A DNA stretch of 64,000 nucleotides from Selaginella moellendorffii (GCF_000143415.4 NW_003314394.1:248042-312041); one strand, 5' to 3'. Positions 12,977 to 25,965 are shown, counted from the first letter of the stretch. A program made the numbers and translations. The notes: generated from the letters alone by a model not told the origin.

Positions 12977-13578
12977 TTCTTTCCAAAGTCTCAAAAATTC
13001 TAGCTGAGAACAATGTTTCTGAGGAATTGAGAAACTCTATGAGAATGGTGAGAGCGATTTCTTCTCTTTTCTGAGGACTTTGGGAGCTTTTTGTTCTAAA
13101 AGTTTTAAAAGGCTGCATGGGGCGGTGGCACGGCTGGATGGCTGTTTGGGACGTGAGCCAAAGTTCGGCCTTGTGTCATCGCTTCATTGATCTGACACCA
13201 GTTCCAAGGCCATCTTACTGTTGACCTTCGAGAATTTTAGCTGGACTTGATGTGGTGAGAGACAATGCGGCAGCTTACGTGCTTGTGACGAACTTGGCGA
13301 CCAGAAGTTGATGATCATTGATAGTTTCTCTTATGGTCTTTAAAGTTTGAAGTTGACATTCAATCCTTGTGCAAGGCAGGAGAGTAACACGGCAAGGGCA
13401 GGCAAGTATATGTATGATCATAATCTGATTGATTGGTTTTCAGATGGTCTTGACCTCCAGCAATACGAGCTTATTCTGCAAAAGATTGAGAGTATCAATT
13501 GCCGGGCACTGTCATTACGCATAAAGGTCACTTGAAGTTCTCAACGTCCTTGCCAGTTGATACTAAAGAACCTCATTG
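12977..13578 (+). pseudogene. Collapsed, decayed duplicate of local genes: DGK exon/intron fragment fused to SFR2 3' fragments
   Basis: 12977-13160 aligns by eye to DGK 4145-4336 (including its intron). 13159-13219 aligns to SFR2 11267-11332, and 13321-13578 to SFR2 ~11348-11750 (including the GC-AG intron). Confidence 0.88.
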
Positions 13579-15656
13579 TAAGAAATCATGTAAAGCTTTG
13601 ATCCACTTTTCCAGTTATGGCGTGCAATTTGTAAGAAAAAAGTAACTTTATTTCCACACATACGTGGACCATATTGACGAGGTGATCTCAATCTAGGATC
13701 CCAATGTCCCTCCTGGAAAATCCTGTTACGGTGACAATTACGTGGCTGAGGAGAGAAAAACCTTTGATTCTCTGCAGGAGAGGGACTTGGCGATTGCATA
13801 TGCCCACATTGGGCATCTTTTGCAGCAAAGTTTCTCTTCACAGGCTGCTGTGGTGGAATGCCTCTCATCCACCGTGAAATGGATGCTGTCCCAGGGAAGT
13901 CAAGTTAATCCCAGTTGCTACTCAGGTACATACTGCCACTTCAAGATCTTCCTTTTTATTTTGCAGTAGATGAGAAGTTCATCCCTATCCATGAGGCCAT
14001 ACTTCTTCGCGATGCCACTTATGAATACCACATGAATTTGAGGGTTCATTAGGGCTTAGCTAAGCAGTTCAGGCATGAAAGGTAAGCATTGGTGGTTTCA
14101 TCTGCTGGAATCCACAACTTTGCAATTGCCTCAGTTCCTATAGGCCACTAGAGAACTTCACAATGAGTAAAGCACTTTCTAGCATTAGGTGAGAGGGATC
14201 TATTCCTTCAGAGATTACCAATTTCAAATAACTGGTCAAATTTCTGGACATCACAAGCTTTGTTGAAAAACATGAGCACAGTGTCTCATCTGTAGTATTA
14301 ACCTATTCCGACTCTTCTTCAGGTAGTGAGACTGAAGATGGGACAGTGAGGAATTACAAGTGATTCACTGGACTGGTTTAATTATATTTTGTAGTCCTCC
14401 ATCTTGTGGATCTTGCAGGCTTTTAACAACTTTTTGCAGTCATGTGGATTTGATAGTGCAGTGGCATTTTGCACCTGATGATTTTAGTTGCTACTTACTT
14501 TAGAATTTCATGCCCAACACTGTACAAATATATGTGGGTGGTTGATTCAAACTGGAGGGGTGTTTACAATAGAAAACGTGCATAGGAGGTGCTTTATTAT
14601 GTCCAGACTAACATTCCTATAAATCATGCTAGCACAAACTGGGGGATATCAACTCTTGCTCTTCTTGCTGAGCAGTTGGCCACCGTTTTAGTAGGTGCCA
14701 AATTCGCAACACTTCAGTCACATCGAGGTTGCAAAGTAGGCATCTGTCACAAATTCATCACACCAACAAAACACCTTATGCACTATGCCATATGGATTGT
14801 GAGTATTTTATAAAAAAATTCTAGTGATCATCAATACTAATGTCTTATGCTTCTGCAGCATACTACAAACTTGTAACATATAATTTTTATGTCCATATAA
14901 TGATTTGTGGTGCAATTCATTCCATTGTTGCTTGTGAGCTATCTACCACAAAAGATACCTATGCCATTTTCAACATCTATGTGCAAGTTATCTGTCATAA
15001 CAATTCTCTAAAACACAATGTTGTGGAGAATGATATGAAGTGGTGTTGGGGTGTTGAGTCAAGAAGTTTCATACATGGAACATCAATAGAGCTTATGTTC
15101 TTCCATTGTATTCTAGTGTGACTTTTGATATCTCTAGTGCATTGAGCACTTATTGTGTAAATTGTATGAGTGGGTGGTTTGGTTTTACAAGCACTTTTTT
15201 GAGACTATGGACATAGGAATACTTGATGTGAGTAATGGTATAGACAAAGTCTTTGGAGTGTGTTCTCACCTTATCTCATAAAGGACATTATAGACTAGGT
15301 TGCCATATGGAACCTACATAAGGTCTATCCTTACAGTTATGGAGATTATCTCAGGCCGTCCTATATACCTGTGAACATATTTCAACCATTGGAGCAAGAC
15401 CTCATGTAAGGATAAGCTATTTTGCCATTGAAGGTTATTCATTCTTTTTCTTAGGAGTGCAAACTCTGTCAAGGAAGGATATCAAGGATATGCCTGGTAA
15501 GATGATCTCTAGTGTTGACAGAGCTATACTCAAATAAGTAAGTTGTTACCTAATAATTTTATTTTATTTTTTAACGTAGATGTTCCTTTATCATAGGAAT
15601 TGGCAATAGTAAAAGATGTGGCCTTTTTAATGCACAAGAATAATCTGAATCTCGAT

Positions 15657-15879
15657 AGCTAAGCCCCCCTCTCCAACTAAGCCCCCCTCTCCCCTTTCCC
15701 CTTGGGGGACAATTGCTTTAGGCTTTCACCTCACGACTTGTATTAATATTCAAACTTAATCTCGGATTGAGTCTCGGACCTGATTTTGGATTTTGGCTCA
15801 TTTAATGAACTCTTTATTGTTTCAATTGTGGTTTAGGGATCTTTTAGCCTACAACACCTCGGGGAGTTAGTTCCTTATA
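15657..15879 (-). mobile_element. Truncated LTR fragment (family 'A2')
   Basis: End ...GGGATCTTTTAGCCTACAACACCTCGGGGAGTTAGTTCCTTATA matches 20563-20606 (...GTTCCTTACA). It carries the C-rich/GGCTTTCACC core seen in other LTRs here. Confidence 0.55.
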
Positions 15880-16608
15880 CACATCCAACCAAGGGAAGCA
15901 TATAGCAATAGTAAATATACTCTCTTGGAAGAGGTTGCCTCTCACTTTTTTATTTGGCTTCTTAACATAAGATGACTCCACCACTCCACCAGCACATCGA
16001 GCATTCAACCATGATTCCACATCACCCATCTTGCAAGCATCCTTCACCTCATTTGCTATGATAGTGCACTCCTTGATGTCGTGTGGCCTACCAACCAAAT
16101 CTTATATATATTAACCTTTTGTTTTTTTTCCTAACTCTATCCAACAATGATCATTCTTTTTGTAGAGCTTATCCCCAATGGTTGCTACTGGTCACAACTT
16201 TGCTGACAACAACCACATGCTCTCGAAGTAGACATCCCAAATGTTGCTCCAAAGTAGTTATTGCAAGTAGTAAATGTTCCATGATCAGTTCCCACAACCA
16301 AGGTTATCAAGTATATAGCCTTTTTGCAATCTTGGGAATGGCATTACTATGGGTGCAATTGAGAACTTGCCATCAAGATCATCAAACTACTAAACATGCC
16401 TATTGAGTTGCCAAAAGGGCTTTCATGGGGTGGTATCTATAGTAAAACACCTTTTCCAATCTAATATTGCCTAGTTTACCATCAAAGTGCTTGTTGAAGT
16501 ACAACCTTTTAGTGTCACCCTAACTTTGATTGCCGACTATACTGCTTTTGTGAGTAGAGCATGCTAGACAAAGGAGTTAGTTGAGGCCCAAAACTTTGGG
16601 GAGAGCTC

Positions 16609-17212
16609 TGTAAGACACAAATCCTTAGGCCCCAAAGTGGAGCCAAAAAGGCACCACATAGTGGTGGCCGAAGCAAAAGCAAAATGAGCATAACAGATTT
16701 GAACTAAAAGCTCTGACTTGAAAGGTCAAGAGCGGGAGTGGAACTCCCAATGAAGTGCTCGAGGAACAAGCACAAAGCGAGCAATAAGTGAGTCTCTAGA
16801 AAAGGGACACAAGAGGACCAACACATGACACGTGGAAGTGTCCGAGATGGACCCAAGATGGAGTCTGAGATGGACCCGAGATGGATCTGAGATGGAGTCC
16901 GAAATGGACTCGAGATGGATCCGAGATGGAGTCCGAGATGGAGTCTGAGATGGACCCAAGATGGACCTGAGATGGAGGCTGAGATGGAGTCTGAGATGGA
17001 CCCAAGATGGAGTCCAAGGTGGACTCGAGATGGAGTCCAAGATGGAGTCCGAGATGGAGTCTGAGATGGAACTGAGACCGAGACCGAGACCAAGATTGAG
17101 TCCGAGGCTGAGTCTGAGTCTAAGTCCAAATACTAATACAGGTTGTTGGGTGAAAGCCCAAAGCGATCATCCCCCAAAGGGGGGGGGGGGGGGGCTGCGA
17201 GTGGGATGACCA
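16609..17212 (+). mobile_element. LTR-like repeat (family 'A', copy 1) with internal minisatellite
   Basis: Begins TGTAAGACAC after purine-rich GGGGAGAGC. Direct repeat of 22163-22693. Contains the GAGATGGA(GT)CC array and GGGTGAAAGCCC + poly-G. Confidence 0.7.
16843..17128 (+). repeat. Minisatellite of 10-12-bp units GAGATGGA(GT)CC grading into GAGACC/GAGTCT hexamers
   Basis: Directly visible. It produces the low-complexity ORFs (DSISDS / MESEME) in the ORF track. Related arrays at 19320-19440, 20375-20525 and 22391-22626. Confidence 0.9.
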
Positions 17213-18699
17213 CTAGGAAGACACCGAATGTGCCAAGGCGTGATGTCTTGAGGTCAAGTCGGCGGGTTTATGAGAACCCCTTCCCAAAAGAATCCTAATG
17301 GAAATGGGAATGGCATAGCCTAAGTTAGAAGGTATGTGGTTGGAGTGTGGTGACCCAAGTAATGATGGAGGTGTGGAAGCACTAGCAATGAGTTGTAGGA
17401 CTTGACAACTATAAAGCAACTAAACAAAAGGTGCAAAATAATTGGTTAAATTGGTAGAAGGTAACTACCCAAGACTTCTGGGATAAAGAAGTTAGATATA
17501 TCCTTATGAGGAATAAATTGCTTATGTTGCGATATGGTAAGTTAATGTTATAAAGGGAATGCTCATTATAAAATAAGGCCATCATTGAGACACCCAAACA
17601 CTTTAGAACACCAGGAGGTAGTGCTTGGTGTCGTGAAGGCAATAGATAAAGCCCAAGGGACTAAGTCCTTAGCGAATAATGAATAAGAGGTGTTATCCAA
17701 ACGTCCAAGGTTGCGAAGACGGGAGAAGTCTGTCTATCCGAATTGGACAAAGCATAAAATGGGATTTTGGCAAGGCTAATGACGGGTATATAGAGGCCCA
17801 TAAATAGTAACGTTAATCCCAGTGTATGGGATTATAAGGTGAGCATACCCAGATTGAGGAACCACTCCTTAGGATATCGGGCAGGTTCATCCCTATGAAT
17901 ACTTGCCAAGACATGGTAGAAAGTGCAAAACTATCTTCCTAGCCTGGAGGAGAATAACCAAAGGAAATATGTGAAGCCAAAAGCAAGTAGTAAAGGGATA
18001 AAACTAAATCATATGAATTGAAGGGCATAATCAAAAGTGGTTAGGCAAGTGGGGAGTGGAGAATCAAGTGGATGCTCGAGCATGTTGTTACTGGCAACTA
18101 TGATGCCATGGAGAGTCTAAAGCATGGAATTGTCCATGTTAGACCATATGGCAATTAAAAAGCTTGCAAAAGGAAAGGCTTTCGCAAGCAGGGTTCCTTC
18201 AAGGTTCCCAAAGACAATTCTAGGTAACTTAGTACCTAGAAAGCCAAGTGTAAATGATTCATAGAATGTGGGAAATTAAAGTGGCACAGCAGAAGCATGG
18301 TCTTGAAAGACTTTCACGCTTATACATGAAACCATGTTACGTTGGTCGAATGATTTGCTAAGTGAAATTGGCAAGCCAAGGGAACAAATCCCTTAGTTGA
18401 AGATGCTAACTTCAAAAGGGGTGGCCTATGGGGCCAAACATGGAGGAGTCCATGCATGATCACAGACATGTTAAGTGAGAGGACTTGGCAATGTGGACCA
18501 ACTAAGTTTCTAAGCTGTGTGTAAGCCACAAATTTTTCTTTTCCAATTTGCCAACTTACCTCGTCTATCCGTCCAACACTGCCTTGGCTTTTGCTAAGTT
18601 CCCTCACCAAAGTTCCCTCCTATGGTACCAGCTCTGACTTGGTCCTACTTGGTTTCAGCTACTCACTGCACGAGCAACGGAGCATTTGCCATCCACCCA

Positions 18700-20606
18700 C
18701 GGATTCCCAAATCTCTCCCAATCCCCCCCCCCCCCCCCTCCGGGTTAGACTGGACTTAAGGTTCGGCTACACTCCCTGCAGTCACAAGCAGCCAAACACA
18801 CAAAGCTTCCAGGTTCCTAACATCCCTTGTTACCACAAGACTTGTTCATGGGACCCTCTAAATCCCAAGTCTTAGGTGCAACACTTGCTTCGGGACGCCG
18901 GGGGAAACACCGTGGCCTAACAGCCCAATATGGGTACCTTTACCCCCCCCCACTTCCATCCCGAAGGGAAGGTCCAAGCCCCTAGGAAGGGACTAATGAG
19001 CCACAAGGTACTTAAGTGGGGCACCACTCCACATGAGTCGGGAGCACCGTAGTTAGTTTCCCTTTTGGGAGTGGGAGCTGTTCTTGAGCACTTCCTGGGG
19101 TGGCCCCTCCAGCACCACCCAAGTCCATGCTCACTCCCACCCAAGGCCCCTCGGCCCCAATCTCAACCTCAAGTCAGTTTGGAAGCACCACTGGAGAGTT
19201 CCTTCAAGACTGATTCCTAGACCTCACTATCCCTACTATACTTTTGGAACCCTCTTCAGCCCCACCCCCCTTAGGAGATGCACGCTTTGGGCTTTCACCC
19301 CTTGACCCGTATTAGTATTTGGACTCAGTCTCGGACTCGATCTCAGACTTGATCTCGGACCCGATCTCAGACTCAACTTTGGACTCGGTGTCGGACTCTA
19401 TCTCGAACTCGGTCTCGAACTCGGCCTCGAACTCGGTCTCCGATTCTGTTGCGAATGTGACTTCGGGTATCGAAAGATACTTGTCAGCTAGTCCTTACGG
19501 ACACTCTTTCCTTACTGCCATGACGGCATGAGGTCGGTACAGTTGGTTCTCTTTATCGTTCCCACTTGAGCTAGTTGAGAAATTGGTCAATGACCGTGCA
19601 CTTAAATTGGATAAACATAAGGTAGGAACCCTATGTGTTTCTTGCTGAGCATACTCGGCCTGGTTTGAAAAACTCGTGTCATTGACTTGCACTTGCTAGT
19701 ATCAAGAACCCCCGCGATATTGAGACTAGTCCCTCAATATTCGCTAGATGATAGCTTACTGTGTCTGCCAAACACCCTCGCTATCACGCCCTTTGTGTTG
19801 GTCTCATTTTGGTCCCAAATGCTATTTATGGAAAGTGTCTAGATTCGCTCATTTGGCATATCTACGGAATGTAGAGATCGGCCTGAACACAATGGTGTTC
19901 GTCCCGTGTCGAAATTCGCAATCTAGCGCCATTCCATATTTAGTAAGTTTCGAGCTTGTCCCAGAGACTAACTCCTGGTACTAAGGGAGGCTTGGGGTGA
20001 AAGCCCAAAGCGTGTGTTCCTCGGGGGGGGGGGGGGGGGGGCTATGGGGGGTTCCAAATGTATAGTAGGGATAGTGGTTAGAATGCATGTCCGACCACCT
20101 GAGACATTAGTTTGGCTCCCGTTGGGCTGTGTCGCTCCTTGTTCTGCGTCCGGCTTGGGTCTAAGCCCAAGCTCCACGCTGCTCTAATCGGTGGAGTACC
20201 CTCCTCCTTGCGTTAAGCCACCGGTATGCCAAAATTGTGCCAGACTCCGTCTGACACCATTTTGCGTGCAGGTGCTGGATACGGGGAGCTGGTGCTCGTG
20301 GGATTGTACTGGACCCTCGTTTCGTAGCGCAACAGGCTTGGAGTTCAGCTCCAAATTCAGGTGCGCTACAGATTCGGCCTCGGACTTGATCCTGGACTCT
20401 ATCTTGAACTCGGTCTCAAAGTCGGTCTCGAACTTGGTCTCCAATTCGGCCTCGGACTCGATCCCGGACTCTATCTCGAACTCGGTCTCAAAGTCGGTCT
20501 TGGACTCGATCTTCGACTCGGTCCCATCCGATAAATTCTTTGTCATTTTGGTCATGCTTTCGGGGATCTTTTAGCCTACGACACCTTGGCAAGTTGGTTC
20601 CTTACA
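18700..20606 (-). mobile_element. LTR (family 'A2') interrupted by a solo LTR insertion
   Basis: Starts TGTAAGGAAC on the minus strand at 20606. Its minisatellite is split between 19320-19446 and 20371-20525. 18895-18960 resembles ~23000-23050 (TAGGCCACGGTGTT). Left boundary approximate. Confidence 0.6.
19447..20370 (+). mobile_element. Solo LTR (family 'B'), 924 bp, with 5-bp TSD GATTC
   Basis: TGTTGCGAAT...GTGCGCTACA, flanked by GATTC at 19442-19446 and 20371-20375. Homologous in inverted orientation to 24063-25195. Confidence 0.9.
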
Positions 20607-22162
20607 CTGTGATCTATAGCATGCTTTTAGTATAAGTTGGTGCACCAGTGTGAAGAGTCATACTAGGCATCTTGGGTGATGCCATCCGTAGATGCATATA
20701 CGGAGGTTGGGTTCGAGTCCTGACCCTCTAGTGCTTGGGTTCAAGTCCCAACTCGCTACGGTGATGGTTTGGAATATGAGGACACTCATTTTTCAATGGT
20801 TATGGACTCTTAGTAAAGAGACTAGTTTGGGCACTCCGCCAAGTAGGGGATGCCCCGGAGTCGTGATACACTGTTAGATTGCTTAGTATGGTTCGGCATA
20901 TCTAACTTGAACATTTTGGTGCAAGTGGCACCAAGGACGTGGTGAATGAGATGGGGACACCCAATCTTAGTTGCTATGGACCCTTGGCTAGAAGGGCTAA
21001 TTTGGGTGCACCACCAAGTGTGGGGGATGCCCTCGAGGTCATAGTCAACAAGTTAAAGGTCTGGAAGACCTAGTACCTATTAGCAAACCTGTCAAGGTGA
21101 CCAAGATGAGATCACTAGGTGATCTTGTGGCTAAATGAGGACAAGGTCCTTGTTTGGTTAAGGAATAAGACTCCTGGCGTGACTTGGTCAAAGTGACCAA
21201 GTGGGAAAGACACCAAAAAGGGAAATCAATGGTGTCAATATGATGGTATAGTAAGTCTAAAGAAGCAGTTTCTAGGAAAGACCCATGAAAGGGTCATAAA
21301 GTTGGGCTATGGATAGAGCCCTTAGCAGAGAATGCTAAAGAGACTTACTAGGGGTGAGCACCCTCTGGACTTAGTAAAGTAGAACCTTTGCCAGGGAACC
21401 GAAAGAATACCTCAAGGATGGAGGTAGTGAACCTATGTTGCTTGGTGCAATAATCAATGGATAGGAGCAAGAGATTAATGGCCAAGTTTGGGCTATGGGA
21501 TTCATTAGAAGGAATCCAAATAACAAAGTTAATCGAGGAACACTAATGTGTTGGATGCTAATAGATTATGAGAAAGGAAGTGTACTTTCAAGGATGGATT
21601 CCCAAGTGCTCCAATTTAGTGAAGTGAAAACTTCAAATGAGGGAGTGGCAAAGTAGCCAAATGATAGGGCCATGGACAGCCTTAGCACAAATTATGATAA
21701 TCAAAATGTAGTGCCAAATGTGGCACAAAATAGAAAAGAGGATGATGGTACCCTCGAGTAGAGAACTTCCTAGGATGGGGAAGTGGAGTTGCACAAAATG
21801 TGCAAAGCAAGGTGTCGAAAACACCTAAGAAATTGACTTCGAGAAGTCAAAATTAAAAGTTCCAAAGTGCAAAGGTTATATCAATAGGAACTAAGACTAC
21901 TCGAGAATGAGTAGTGGAATTGAGATAGAGAAAGTGTCTCTAACAGGTTTAGCGAGAACTAAACCAATGAAAGGGAGAAAACCACTGAGTTGCTATCCCG
22001 CTTGATGGTTGGATGGACAAGGCATGGTGAGCCTTCGGTATCAAACCATAGACAAAATTAGTTGGGTGCCAAGGATAGAAAGGGTAATATATGTTGGTGT
22101 TACTTTATAAAGTAGTTTATCGTTCGATAAGGACATTGAACTTCGTCTATAGGTGGTAGAGT

Positions 22163-23050
22163 TGTGAAACACAAATCCCTAAGCCCCAAAGTGGAGCCAA
22201 AAGGGCACCACATGGTGGTGGCCGAAGTGAAAGCCAAATGAGCGTAACACGTTTGGACTAAAAGCTCCAACTTGAAAGGTCGAGAGTGCAACTCCTAATG
22301 AAGTGCTTGAGGAACAAGCATGAAGCGAGTAATAAGTGAGTCTCTAGAAAAAGGACACATAAGGATCAACACATGACACATGGAAGTGTCCGAGGTGGAC
22401 TCAAGATGGAGTCCAAGATGGAGTCCGAGATGGAGTTTGAGATGGACTCGAGATGGAGTATGAGATGGACCCAAGATGGAGTCCGAGATGGACCTGAGAT
22501 GGAGTTTGAGATGAACCCGAGATGGAGTCCGAAATGGAGTTCGGGATGGAACTGAGACCGAGATCGAGACCGAGTCCGAGTCTGAGCCTGAGGCCAAGAC
22601 CAAGTTCGAGTTCAAGTTCGAGTCCAAATACTAATACAAGCTGTTGGGTGAAAGCCCAAAGCGATCGTCCTCCCAGGGGGGGGGGGGGCTGCAGGGGGTT
22701 CCAAAAGTATAGTAGGTTGGAGCCCAGTGGAGTCAATTTGGCCAGGAAAGGTTAATTTGGCCCAGGAAGGCTATACCCAGCTGTTGGGTGATGGGATGAC
22801 CACTGGAAAATCCAAGACTAGAGTAAATACGGACCGACAAGTGGGGTAGCTTGGTGAAGTGTTCAAGAGCTGGCTCTAGTTCCCCTGGAAGATCGAATGG
22901 TCAATGCTCCCAGTCCAAGTGTGGGTGGCGCTACCTACTTGGATACTTAGTGTGGCTCAACGGAACCTCACTCTAAGCTCATGGCTAGAGCACCCAAAGG
23001 CGGAAGGCAGGGAGAGTACCCACGAGGCTCGCGTAAGGCCACGGTGTTCC
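22163..23050 (+). mobile_element. LTR-like repeat (family 'A', copy 2)
   Basis: Begins TGTGAAACAC after purine-rich AGGTGGTAGAG. Direct repeat of 16609-17200. Right boundary approximate. Confidence 0.65.
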
Positions 23051-23808
23051 GAAATGTTGTCCCAAAGTCCTAAACTGTGAAAAGGAAGAGGAGTAGTCCT
23101 CTGGTGTAAAGACCAAGGATATGGTCATGTATAAAGGAAGTCCCAGAGGATTGTGGGACTTAGTGGTTAGGCCTGTGAGCCTTGATCCAGTGGCAGTGTT
23201 GGCAAACACGGCCATGGACAAAAAGGGATTTGGTGGGGACAAGAAAAAGGACATTGGGGAAGTCTATTCCCTATGCTTGTAGGCATCCTAAGGATGCTAA
23301 GGAGTGGATCTAGGATGATCACTCATGGATGGATGGCCAAGTCTTTAAGAGACGGGATTGTGATGCAAGTGGTGTTAGACCATTGGTGTGACCAAGGTGA
23401 AGGGGCATAGCTTTAGCGTAACGGGTTGATATGTCAGTGGTACCTTGGGGTGTCAGTTTTGGGATCAGACACGTGGAGCATTTGGGCCAAATGCAAATGT
23501 TGAGTGGCAGGGATGCCATTCTCGGGGCTAGCAAGCCCAAGTCTGGAATAGGACTTATGGAGGTTGTGAGTGAGATTCCTCCAAGTGGTTGGAGGTATGT
23601 TTAAGTGACTAAAGTAGAATGGAAAAATTAATCGCTTACAAGCTCATGTAAACCTTGCTACTGGTCAACACAAACAATATAGTCAAATGTTGCAATAGAG
23701 GCAGTGATCAACATGTGTTAGTGATCTACTTGTATAATATGGGCGACTATCTAGCTGACAAGCATTGGCTTTCATGTCAAAAGAGTGTGTAAGTTGATCT
23801 ACTCATAA

Positions 23809-24062
23809 TGTAGTGCACGTGGTTTTCACCCTTTATCCTATGGTGATTCACTATAGGGTAACCATAAAGTAGAACTTAAACCCTCTATATGCCACATGTC
23901 ACATGCCATGTGCCATATGCCACGTGTCCAAGGACAACGGAGCAAAACTTGAGTTTCAGGGCCTTGGGCCACTAAATGAAGGAATTGAGCTATACTCCTA
24001 AACATGGAGCTAAGGAGTGTAGGAACTGGAGCATGGAGCAACTCCCGAGTGTACAACCCAAG
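23809..24062 (-). mobile_element. Partial family-B LTR (terminal ~250 bp) directly abutting a second B LTR
   Basis: TGTAGTGCACGTGGTTTTCACC... is repeated at 24063 (TGTAGCACATGTGGTTTTCACC...) with ~254-bp period. Confidence 0.75.
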
Positions 24063-25965
24063 TGTAGCACATGTGGTTTTCACCTTTTATTCTATAGTGA
24101 TTTAACATAGGATAACCACAAAGTAGAATTTAAACCCTCCATATGCCATGTGTCACATGCCATATGTCCAAGGATAGTGGTGCGAAACCTAAGTTTCAAG
24201 GCCTTAGGCCACTGAATGAAGAAACGGATCTGGACTTCTAAGCATTGAGCCAAAGAGTGACGGAACTAAAGCACAGAGCAACTCTCGAGCATACAGCTCA
24301 ATAAGCGAAGGAACAAGAGCACGGAGTGACTTGGAACAGTCCTAAAGCTCCAGCATCCTAATGTTAAGACCAGCATGTAAAACGAAGCTAAACAAAATCT
24401 AGTGCTATTTCAACATATTGGTGGTTTAATGCAAGCATATGGGTATTCCATTAGCTAGCATGGTGTTGGGCTTAGACCCAAGCTGAACGCAGAACAAAAA
24501 TAGACACATAAGTGAAAGATAAACTATGCCTTAGGTTGGTTAACCATGCTTGACCTACCCCACTATCCTTAATATACATTTGGAACACCCCTATATAGCC
24601 CCCCCCCCCCCCCCCCCTTGAGGAATGCACGCTTTGGGCTTTCACCCTTAGCCATCTTTAGTACCAGGAGTTAATCTTTAGGACTAACTTGAAACTTATT
24701 AAATATAGAATGGCACTAGATTGTGAATTTGGACATGGGACGAACACTATTATGTCTAGGACAATCTTTACATTCCATAAATATACTAAATTAGCAAATA
24801 TAGACACTTTCCATAAATAGCAATTGAAATCAAACGGTACTAGCATAAGGTGCATGATAGTGAAAGTGTTTAATAAACACAATAAGCTATCATTTAACAA
24901 TATTGAGGGATTAGTCTCAATACGAGAGGGTTCTTGTTAAGCCAATGCAAGACAGAGCAAAAGAGAACTAACAAGTTGAGCCAAGTATGCTTAGCTAAAT
25001 AGACAATTAGGAGTTCCTTCCTTATGCTTGTTTGGTCAAGTACAGATGCTAAGTCCAATTTACTAACATTTGAACAAGAACAACTGATAAAGGGTCCAAC
25101 AATACCAACCTCCTGCTGTCATAGTAGTAAGGAAAGAATATCCAAAAGGACTAGTTAACAAGTAACTTTCGATACAAATAGTCATATTCGCGACACTCTC
25201 CCCCCCCCCCCCATTTAGGGAAGATTGAGATCCTCATTGATACAAACTTTAATCTAGAACACCGCCAAGGAAACAACTCTAGAAAAAGTTCATGGTGTTC
25301 ACACTTTGTGAAATGCACCAACTTAAATGAGTTAGGAGGCAACCTCTCTGTCTAACGTAAATGTGCTACACTCAGACACTTTTCGGCTATCACTGACAAA
25401 GAAATGACCAACAGAGTTAGCCACCTTTGTTGCTCTGGGTGCCACCTAGCTTACAAAAGTGTGATACACCCCTATCTGCAGGTGGCATAGAGAGAGAAGC
25501 CAGAGGCTCTTGAGCAAAGAAACTAAACCTGTCAGTAAGGTTTAGATAGACTACTATAAATATGTAGTTGAAGTTGTTTACACGGTCACGCCCTTTTTAA
25601 ACAAAATAAAGAATATCAAGAGAGAGGCAAGTGATATGACCAATCTATACTAGTTACCCCATGACTAAAGATTTCACCATGCACACGAAGTGCTGAAGTC
25701 AATTTACTTATATTGGCCCAAACCCAAAGATCTAGAGATGGACAATATCAAAGTCATAGACAATGATATCTTAGAGACTTAATTACTAATAAACCAGTAT
25801 TAATAATTAGCAATAATCAACAAAACAGAATAAATGTGGCAAGACTAACAAACACTTGTTCATGCTAATTATCACACTAGCTAATTTAAATAGAGCTTAG
25901 TCAACTATACAAAGGAACTCAAATTGTTTAAACAAGCGTTAATAATATCTTACTGATGTCTCAAA

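Noticed and set aside
16704-22755. Ser/Asp- or Met/Glu-rich ORFs (DSISDS, MESEME) and a CRISPR-like appearance of the arrays
   Set aside because: Translations of LTR minisatellites; no unique spacers, no cas genes, eukaryotic context.
16609-23050. Family-A repeats as the paired LTRs of one full-length element
   Set aside because: Both copies are preceded by PPT-like purine runs, and I found no PBS or TSD, so pairing is unsupported.
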